In this document: one piece after another, positions 36,814-45,740 of the stretch
How positions within the stretch are numbered: the first letter of the stretch is position 1
Layout of the letters: each line of letters opens with the position of its first letter
Assembly (NCBI GenBank): GCA_903813345.2
Contig: CAIIXF020000001.1
Coordinates: forward strand, 1,240,001 to 1,304,000
Direction: 5' to 3'
Length of the DNA: 64,000 nucleotides
Origin: Owenia fusiformis
Lineage: Eukaryota
Translations under genes and position numbers: made by a program
The notes under the pieces: model-generated
What the model was told of the DNA's origin: nothing
What the model saw: only the letters and a program-made list of their open reading frames with translations
Database searches by the model: none

Positions 36814-38286
36814 TCAAAGTTTCTCTTTATTATGCATCTTATAATGCACCGTAAGATGGGACTTTTGCCTAAATAATTTAGAACAAAAATCACATTTGAA
36901 GTTCTTTTCTCCAGTATGAATTCTATAATGTAAGTTAAGACCATTCTTGTGCCTAAATTGCTTGAAACAAATGTTACATTTGAAGTTCTTTTCTCCAGTA
37001 TGAATTCTTGAGTGTTTCATGAGATTAGACTGTAGTGCAAAGCTTTTAGAACAAATATCACATATAAAGTTCTTTTCTCCAGTATGAATTCTTAAATGAT
37101 TTGTAAGATATTCCTTTCTTGTGAATGATTTAGAACATACATCACATTTGAAGTTCTTTTCTCCAGTATGAATTTTGTAATGGCTGGTCAGATCATTCTT
37201 TCGCGCAAATGTTTTATTGCATACATCACATTTGAAGTTCTTTTCTCCTGTATGAATTACATAATGTAAGTTAAGAGAAGACGATTGTGCAAATGCTTTA
37301 GAACAAACATCACACTTGAAGTTCTTTTCTCCGGTATGAATTCGAAAGTGTTTAGTAAGATCAGCCTTATTTGAAAATGTTTTAAAACAAACATCGCATT
37401 TGAAGTTCTTTTCTCCAGTATGAATTTTATTGTGTAAGTTAAGAGAAGACTTGTGTGTAAATTTTTGATAACAAATCTCACATTTAAAGTTCTTTTCTCC
37501 GGTATGAGTTCTATAATGAAGATTGAGACAATACTTTCGTGCAAATGTTTTGTAGCAAACGTCACATTTGAAGTTCTTTTCTCCAGTATGAATTATATGA
37601 TGCGTGTTAAGATTTGACTTTTGCGCAAATGTTTTAGAACAAAAATCGCATTTGAAGTTTTTTTCTCCAGTATGAATTCTGTAATGTATGATAAGATTTG
37701 ACTTTTGTGTAAATGTTTTAGAACAAACATCGCATTTGAAGTTCTTTTCTCCAGTGTGAATTTTATAGTGTAAGTTAAGAGAGGACTTTTGTGTAAATAT
37801 GTGAAAACAAATCTCACATTTAAAGTTCTTTTCTTCAGTATGAGTTCTATAATGAACGTTAAGATTAGCCTTATCTGCAAATGTTTTGTAACAAACGTTA
37901 CATTTGAAGTTCTTTTCTAAAGTATGAATTCTATAATGTGAGTTAAGATTTGACTTTTGCGTAAATGTTTTAGAACATACATCACATTTGAAGTTATTTT
38001 CGTCAGTATGAATTTTATAATGCTCCACTAGTTTAGACTTACATTTGAACACTCTACAGCATATATCACAACTAAGTCCTGCTTCTCCTTTATCATGTTT
38101 ATAGCGTTTTGGTTTTTTCTGAAAACCACTTGTAATAATATCACCACTCGAATCATCATTTATCATCAAACAAGCAGAATTATTTATCATAGCTCTGTCG
38201 TTATTTATCGCACCATCAGCATTATTTATCACATCATCAGCGTCATTTGTCTTACAGCATGCACCATGGTCGATGGTGTTTTCCAT
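36814..38286 (-). CDS. C2H2 zinc-finger protein, 15 tandem fingers, single coding exon
   Basis: 15 C-x2-C-x12-H-x3-H units, mostly with HTGEKNFK linkers. First ATG (MENT) is at 38286. An upstream in-frame stop and an acceptor ttacag| at 38487 suggest a 5' UTR intron. Confidence 0.92.
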   Translation of the reverse strand: MENTIDHGACCKTNDADDVINNADGAINNDRAMINNSACLMINDDSSGDIITSGFQKKPKRYKHDKGEAGLSCDICCRVFKCKSKLVEHYKIHTDENNFKCDVCSKTFTQKSNLNSHYRIHTLEKNFKCNVCYKTFADKANLNVHYRTHTEEKNFKCEICFHIFTQKSSLNLHYKIHTGEKNFKCDVCSKTFTQKSNLIIHYRIHTGEKNFKCDFCSKTFAQKSNLNTHHIIHTGEKNFKCDVCYKTFARKYCLNLHYRTHTGEKNFKCEICYQKFTHKSSLNLHNKIHTGEKNFKCDVCFKTFSNKADLTKHFRIHTGEKNFKCDVCSKAFAQSSSLNLHYVIHTGEKNFKCDVCNKTFARKNDLTSHYKIHTGEKNFKCDVCSKSFTRKEYLTNHLRIHTGEKNFICDICSKSFALQSNLMKHSRIHTGEKNFKCNICFKQFRHKNGLNLHYRIHTGEKNFKCDFCSKLFRQKSHLTVHYKMHNKEKL

Positions 38287-38630
38287 AGCAACGGTAAACA
38301 AATGCTGCGTTTCTTAAATAAGTACTCAGCTAGGTCTAAAGTCACTCGATTATACGGCTTAATGTCCGAGGCTTCATTTTCTTTGGTAAAACTACTATAT
38401 TCAATTGAATTTAAAATAGCATATTTAGTGTCATCATCAAATAATATTTTCCATTTATTGAATACTAGTAGTAACTACCTACTGGTTCTGTAAGCTGTAA
38501 TTGTAAAGTTTTAGTGTGGCTTAGTAGAGTGGTTCGGTATTTCTAATCTAACAATAGTAAATCTTTTTGGTATACACGAAACTTTATCGATAAACTATGT
38601 ACTTAAGTGAACCATTGTCAGACCATAACC

Positions 38631-39743
38631 TATAGCGCCTAATAACTGCTTCATTATTAGTTTGTAATAAATTCCGTTATACGAATATTTATGTAACATT
38701 TACAAATAAAATGCCTAAGCTTCAAATACATATATGATGTATCAAATAGACTAATAAATCCCTAAATCGGGTGCATTTTATGCTTGTAAGGACTGGAAAT
38801 ATTTATAACTAACAATTTATTATTCGCCAAATTTAAATTTCAAATAAGTTGCCTGTTATTTTATCGCAAAATGTATTTTTACGAATAATAATTTTGCAAA
38901 TTACCCATGAATTATTGCAGAAAGCAAAGAAATATTCGTATATTAACGAATAATAAAATTGAACTTTACGAATATAAATGTGTGTTTACGAATACAAATG
39001 TGAGTTAACGAAAATAAACTGCAAGTCTCGAGGCATAGGTCACGTGACACGAGAATTTTAGGTGTGTGAGGGGAGGGGGTCATGTCTTTGACCATGTCTT
39101 GACCATGTCTCATTGAGAATAATCACGTGATCTCAATGAACCAATGAAAAAGGAATATATAAATGCAATTTACGAATACACATGACAATATTTACGAACA
39201 GTAAATGTGCACTTTTACGGAAACATATTACCTTGTTACGAAAATAAATTCGACAATTAAAAAATGAAATGCCAAGGCAAGTACTTATTCATTGATAAAT
39301 TTGACATTCAGTTAATATATTTGCAGAAAAACGACAAAGGTCCAAAATGAACTTAAATTCATTTGAATACGGATATACAATGTGTCACTTAAAAATTATT
39401 TTGAGGACTTTTTAATGTATTTCAGTATAAAACACGTACGTATACGTTTTAACGAAACAAATTAGATTAACGAACAAAAAATACACATGAAACAATGAAT
39501 AAAAATACTGAAGTTACGAACATAAATGTGCTTTTAACAAATTCAAAAGTTCAATATACGAATACATATTGTAAAATACGAATAATGAAGAAGAAAACAT
39601 TCCATAGTTTTTAGGGATTTATTTGTCTATTTGATACATCATATATGTATTTGTAACTTATGCATTTTATTTGTAAATGTTACATAAATATTCGTATAAC
39701 GGAATTTATTACAAACGAATAATTAAGCAGTTATGGCGCTATA
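38631..39743. mobile_element. 1.1-kb non-autonomous DNA transposon with about 135-bp TIRs and a 7-bp near-TSD
   Basis: tatagcgcctaataactgctt...aataaatccctaaa versus tttagggatttatt...aagcagttatggcgctata. Flanks cataacc / cataaca. Internal tacgaata-rich subterminal motifs. Confidence 0.88.
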
Positions 39744-40053
39744 CATAACATCCTCATGACAGGTTCAATGTTGCAGCCGTTTATTAAAATTGAAATGCCC
39801 TTAAATGCAGGGTACGTACCAAATCAAGAGTGACAGTTGAACATGCGGGGTACCATATGGTGTGTATCACGTTACAGTTGATCATGAACGTGCGGGGTAA
39901 GGTACAACACAAGCAAACTGGTGTTTTCCTCGTTTCAGTAAAATCTAGTCTAATTTCTAGATATTTTTTTACATAAATGTCTGTAACAACATCCTAGACA
40001 GTGAACTTTACATTGAATTCAGCTCATTGAATTTCGCCTTATTTATCAGTGTA

Positions 40054-40435
40054 TTTCTGCGGCGGTTTTTTACAGGCCGCATGGTCACCGTAGAAATTAT
40101 AACTCAGAGTTATAATATTTGTTCATTTTTGAGGTCCCCGTAGAAATCAACTGGCTCAACAAGATTGAATCATTATTTGTCAATGTTTCACGATCACTTT
40201 TCATTTGATATTACATCCTAGCACTATGAATAACATTTATTAATTGTCCTGATGTAAATAAAAATTTTAAAAAAGTATTATTTATCAACAGAAATTTAAA
40301 ATTCACCGTGCGGCTGCCGTGGGAAATGTGACTGCAAAAGTATGAGAGCGCAGAAATTCTACGGCGAGCGTAGAAAAGCTACTGGCCGCAGAAATTATAG
40401 ACCGCACGGCGGCCTTGGGAAATGTGACTGGGGTG
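40054..40435. mobile_element. Left-truncated copy of the Harbinger MITE at 29684-30173
   Basis: High identity to 29810-30173; ends aaatgtgactggggtg-tta. Confidence 0.9.
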
Positions 40436-41257
40436 TTAGAAATCGGCCGATTCCTACTGACCATATCCATACTCTACTTCACACGTTATTTGGAGAGAAA
40501 AATTCAGGCTTCTAGATCAGGGTTTTTACCATAATATACAAAATAAACTTACTTCAGATAAGTAACAAAGTCAATAAACATTAGAATTAACATTCTCCAG
40601 CAGAAGGACCATTTCTACATCTTAAATTCAAGAAATTGTAAATTCATATTTCCTCTTCATTATGTACAATAATTATAATATTGTGAATATTAATTAAATA
40701 GTTCGGATGTAAAAAGCATATTCATCGATATACATTAGAGGTGTGCACCGATGGCACATTACTTAATCGATCAACGAAACATATTAATACATGTAGCCAA
40801 TGTACATTGCAATGCTCTACTTTACACGCTATTGGTAGAGTAAAATCCAGGCTACTAAATTAGGGCATTTTATTTTTATTTACCTTAATATACAAAATAC
40901 TCTTACTTCAGATAAGTAACAAAGTAAAAAGGAAATAGAAAAATGAATATGTTAATACATAAAAATCCTTAAAATAAACTATACACTTTGGGTATTTTTA
41001 GAAAATAAACATGACAAGGAATGATATGAGCCCAGGATATTCTAAAATTAAAACAATTTTTGTTAACAGTTTTTGCAAGGATCTTGCTACATGTAGATCT
41101 GATTCTGCCTTTAATTCATAAATTAAATAAGACCGGGAGCATATCAGACAAGCAGTGTTGTATATAAATGTGCAAACTACAATATGTCTAAATTCATAAA
41201 CAGGACAAGACTACAATATTGTTCCAACAGAGCAAAGTCGATTGTGTCTTGTCAAGC

Positions 41258-41340
41258 AACACGTACGAGTGTTGTCAAAGAAGACATGAGTATATAAGAA
41301 CACGTACGAGTGTTGTCAAAGAAGACATGAGTATATAAGA
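41258..41340. repeat. Exact 41-bp tandem duplication
   Basis: aacacgtacgagtgttgtcaaagaagacatgagtatataag twice. Confidence 0.9.
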
Positions 41341-41561
41341 CATCAATTTGAAAACAAAATGGCAACTATATTGCGAAAACTGTCAAAAGATAAATTATAT
41401 CGTACTTCAATTCTCTGATTGGCTTACATTCAATTCATCTCGCAAGGGCGAGGGTGAATTACAATGACAGTGTGCAACTGTGTTTGTAATATAAGTTAAG
41501 ACTTTTGAGTAAATGTTTTTTAACAAACATCACAATTTGAAGTTCTTTTCTCTTGTATGAG

Positions 41562-43514
41562 TTAGATAATGTACGGTAAGATAAGACTTCTGTGCAAATG
41601 TTTTAGAACAAACATCACATTTGGCATTTTTTCTCCTGTATGAATTTTTTTATGTTCGGATAAATAAGACTTCTGTGCAAATTTTTGGGAACAAACATCA
41701 CATTTGTAGTTCTTTTCTCTTGTATGAATTTTGTTATGTTTGGTAAGATAAGACTTCTGTGCAAATGATTTAGAACAAATATCACATTTGAAGTTCTTTT
41801 CTCCTGTATGAATTTTGTAATGTACCGTAAGTTCAGTCTTTCGTGCAAACGTTTTCGAACAAACATCACATTTGAAGTTCTTTTCTCCAGTGTGAATTAG
41901 ATAATGTGAGGAAAGGTAAGACCTTTGTGCGAATAATTTAGAACAAACATCACACTTGAAGTTCTTTTGTCCAGTATGATTTAGATGATGTACGGTAAGA
42001 TAAGACTTTTGGGCAAATGTTTTTGAACAAACATCACATTTGAAGTCCTTTTCCCCAGTGTGAGTTTTGTAATGTATTTCAAGTTGAGATTTTCGTGCAA
42101 AAGTTTTAGAACAAATATCACATTCGAAGTCCTTTTCCCCAGTGTGAGTTTTGTAATGTATTTTAAGTTGAGATTTTTGTGCAAAAGTTTTAAAACAAAT
42201 ATCACATTTGAAGTTCTTTTCTCCAGTATGAGTTTTGCAATGTACCTTAAGATAAGACTTTCGTGAAAATGGTTTTGAACAGACATCACATTTGAAATTC
42301 TTTTCTCCAGTATGAGCTTTGTAATGTTCATTAAGACCAAACTTTCGTGCAAATGTTTTAGAACAAACATCACATTTGAAGTTCTTTTCTCCAGTATGGA
42401 TTTTGTAATGTACGTTAAGATAAGACTTTCGTGCAAATGTTTTAGAACAAACATCACATTTGAAGTTCTTTTCTCCAGTATGAATAAGATGATGTGCGGT
42501 AAGATAAGGCTTTTGTGCAAATGTTCTCGAACAGACGTCACATTGGAAGTTCTTTTCTCCGGTATGAGTCTTGTAATGTGCGTTTAGATGAGATCTTTTT
42601 ACATATGTTTTAGAACAAACATCACATTTGAAGTTCTTTTCTCCAGTATGAGTTTTGTAATGACAGTTAAGATCAGACTTTCTTGTAAACATTTTAAAAC
42701 AAACATTACATTTGAAATTCTTTTCTCCAGTATGAATTTTGTTATGTGCTTTAAGATCAAACTTTCTTGCGAATGCTTTAGAACAAACATCACATTTGAA
42801 ATAATCTTCTCCCGTATGACCTTTATAATGGAGGGTCAGTTGAAACTTTAGTCCAAACGTTTTAAAACAAACATCACATTTATAGTTCTTTTCTCCAGTA
42901 TGAGTTTTGTAATGTATCTTAAGTATATCCTTTCGTGCAAATGTTTTAGAACAAACATCACATTTAAAGTTCCTTTCTCCAGTATGAATTCGATAATGTA
43001 CGTTAAGATGAGACTTTTGTTGAAATGCTTTATAACAAACATCACATTTGAAGTTCTTCTCTCCAGTATGAATAAGATAATGTAAGTTAAGAGAAGCCTT
43101 TTGTACAAATTTTTTATTACAAACATAACATTTGAAGTTCTTTTCTCCGGTATGTATTTTATAATGTTTTACTAGGATACACTTCCATTTGAACGCCCTA
43201 TGGCATATATCACATATGTGTTTTCCTTTTTGGCCACTCGCCGTCAGTCTCTGAAAATCACTTGTAACATGGTTTTCACCAAAAGTTTCACTATTCACCA
43301 AACAGGTAGAACTTTTTTTCATAATTTTGTCATTATTTATCACACCATCAGCATTATTTATCACACAATCAGCATTGTTTATCACACAATCAGCATTATT
43401 TATCACACCATCAACATTAACTATAACACCATCCGCGTTATTGGCCATGCCACATGTGGCATAGCCTGTAATGTTTTCCATACTTTTGTCAAGTTTTAAT
43501 CGAGTATTAAACAT
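41562..43514 (-). CDS. C2H2 zinc-finger protein, 19 in-frame fingers plus N-terminal VINNAD(C/G) heptad repeats
   Basis: 650-aa ORF with HTGEKNFKCDVC linkers. A 20th finger is out of frame after HTGEKMP and a 21st decayed finger runs to about 41480. The conserved MENI start is at 43481. Acceptor catttcacag| at 43766. Confidence 0.92.
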   Translation of the reverse strand: MFNTRLKLDKSMENITGYATCGMANNADGVIVNVDGVINNADCVINNADCVINNADGVINNDKIMKKSSTCLVNSETFGENHVTSDFQRLTASGQKGKHICDICHRAFKWKCILVKHYKIHTGEKNFKCYVCNKKFVQKASLNLHYLIHTGEKNFKCDVCYKAFQQKSHLNVHYRIHTGERNFKCDVCSKTFARKDILKIHYKTHTGEKNYKCDVCFKTFGLKFQLTLHYKGHTGEDYFKCDVCSKAFARKFDLKAHNKIHTGEKNFKCNVCFKMFTRKSDLNCHYKTHTGEKNFKCDVCSKTYVKRSHLNAHYKTHTGEKNFQCDVCSRTFAQKPYLTAHHLIHTGEKNFKCDVCSKTFARKSYLNVHYKIHTGEKNFKCDVCSKTFARKFGLNEHYKAHTGEKNFKCDVCSKPFSRKSYLKVHCKTHTGEKNFKCDICFKTFAQKSQLKIHYKTHTGEKDFECDICSKTFARKSQLEIHYKTHTGEKDFKCDVCSKTFAQKSYLTVHHLNHTGQKNFKCDVCSKLFAQRSYLSSHYLIHTGEKNFKCDVCSKTFARKTELTVHYKIHTGEKNFKCDICSKSFAQKSYLTKHNKIHTREKNYKCDVCSQKFAQKSYLSEHKKIHTGEKMPNVMFVLKHLHRSLILPYII

Positions 43515-43821
43515 TTATTCGATGGCGAACTTCGTAACATCTCAGATAAGCCCATATATGATGTATTTTTGTATTTTGAATTCTAATTACACATTAATAT
43601 TTTTAATGGCACTCCAGCATATGGTTTGATGTTCAAAGCATTAAGTCCTGTTGAAAGACTTTTAATTAAAATATCATTTTTAATGTCTAATGTTGTGTTG
43701 TCTAAATAATGTTTCTAGTATTTTCCAGGACTCGTTGAATGACTTTAATATCCTTTCCTCCTGGTCCTGTGAAATGCAAATGTAGGTATGTTAGGTTCTA
43801 GTGTAGCTTACATTAGTATTA

Positions 43822-45308
43822 CACACTACCCTACCTCGATAGCGCATGCGCGAATTTTTTGGCTTTCAATCAGGTCGCTTTTGAGTATATCGACTGCTTA
43901 GTGAAAAGGTTAATACGTTTGGTGCTCGGAGTGAGTCAATATTGCTATTTGCTGAACTTCAGTGGTGCAATAGTGAAGTCCATGTTCCAAGTTATATGAT
44001 AGTTGAAGAAAGAATGTAAATAATATCGTTTTAAATTTTAAAATATTTGATATGTCATAGTACACGGTACACAGCTGCAAAAGTTGATCAATGCAGGGTA
44101 CAAGGAATGTAAATTGTTCAATAGTACAGGGAGCGAGACAGTAAGCTGATTATACAGACATAGTATGTCCCGGTCTCATGTATATTTACGTTGCAAACAG
44201 TGAAAATAATGCTAAAAAGGCCGCCTGTTGATGCTTTGAGGTGTCATCAATTGTTATTTAATCCAAATAAAGTAAACATTATTTAGTAGATTTAGACACG
44301 GGCTTTCAGGTCGTATATGCATTTTAGTCATTAAATTAACAAGAACGCTAGATTATACGTGTTACTAGGGTATCAAATTGAAATAAAATAACGAAATTAA
44401 ATATAAACACGTAAGTGATAAATGACCATCGGCTATCAGGATTAATGACTATCCGCTATTCAGAATAATTAAAATTGCGTGAACTACATGTAAAGAATCT
44501 TTCTATATAACCCCTTGAATGGTCTCATTCACTAACGTCCTCAAAAACCGATCATCTAAAATAGTTTGTTCAAAATACCATCATGCCACGACATTTTGTT
44601 CTTCACGATTTGCTGTAGAGGTGATATGACGTCGTATTTCTCTATTATTGTAAAAAAAACGAATACCAGATCGATGTAGTCTTATATGACGTGTTGAATG
44701 TCAGATGTTTTTGGATGGTATCTGCTCCAGTGATTTTGCATTTAATCATGAAACGCTCATCACAAGACACCTCGAAACAAACATTATCCTCCCTGTGACA
44801 AGAGGAAAAATGTTTCACAATATGTTATGCCTTACGGCAAAGTAAAGATACATTTCTGGGACGACTTTTTGCATCTTAAGATTTTAGAAAAACAATTAAT
44901 TCACAAAAGTACAGTTGAATAACATACTGGAAAACGTATCCACATATAACACGATGACACGCAGTTTAAATAACAGTTTACTGGGGTTTTGTTACATATC
45001 AATGTAACATTTTCGAAGGGAAACTTACATGCTCCCTGTACGTTGACAGATTTACTGAAATGTATCGTGTATTGCATTGAGTTTTGCTTCACTGCGCCGA
45101 CTATTATCTATCTTTGCCTATAGTGGTTTTTTGCCAACAATATTCTACAAACTGCTTGATGAATCAATTCTATGTCTGGTAGAACAGTAGAAATAAATGT
45201 AAAATGTATTTTACGTTCAGAAATATGGAATTAAACCCACGTCCTCCATTTGCAACTTAGCTGTACCCTGTTTCCCTTTTAAACGTGGTCACGTGGTAGG
45301 GTAGTGTG
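43822..45308. mobile_element. 1.49-kb CAC...GTG element with a 5-bp TSD (Transib-like, non-autonomous) upstream of the ZNF acceptor
   Basis: Perfect 14-bp TIR cacactaccctacc / ggtagggtagtgtg; TATTA at 43817-43821 and 45309-45313. Confidence 0.85.
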
Positions 45309-45579
45309 TATTAGTTCTATTTGGAATACAACTAAGCCAATATTTAGCCTATTATTGAAGGGATAATACGTGTACGTATGATTAAGTGAACCATTGCCAG
45401 ACCATAATACCCCGGCGTAAAAGGGTAGGAGGTCCTATCAAATTATGGTCCTACTCTCCATTGATTTATGTGGTGACCCAATTACAACTGTTTTCCTTAT
45501 TATTTATACACAATCAGGTCCAGTAAGGGCCGTTTAGAAAGGGGACCATTATCCCCAGGGGACCATGATTTCTTTCATA

Positions 45580-45740
45580 CCGGACAGGTTCGTGTATTAA
45601 GTGAACCATTGTCAGACCATGATACCCCGGACAGGTTCGTGTATTAGGTGAACCATTGTCAGACCATAGTACCCCGGACAGGTTCGTGTATTAAGTGAAC
45701 CATTGTCAGACCATAGTACCCCGGACAGGTTCGTGTATTA
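45580..45740. repeat. 47-bp tandem repeat, 3.4 copies
   Basis: ccggacaggttcgtgtattaagtgaaccattgtcagaccatagtacc starting at 45580, 45627, 45674 and 45721 (partial). Confidence 0.95.

Noticed and set aside
37257..43499. Alternative-frame and antisense ORFs over the ZNF genes (ILEKRTSNVMFVLKHL type)
   Set aside because: Shadow frames of the 84-bp finger periodicity; no independent evidence of coding or programmed frameshifting.
13863..43514. TRIM gene plus ZNF cluster as a TRIM28/KRAB-ZNF-like linked system
   Set aside because: The TRIM protein has filamin and NHL domains, not PHD-bromodomain, and adjacency alone is not evidence of a functional link in animal genomes.
45580..45740. CRISPR-like short hairpin repeats
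   Set aside because: Head-to-tail 47-bp units with no unique spacers.
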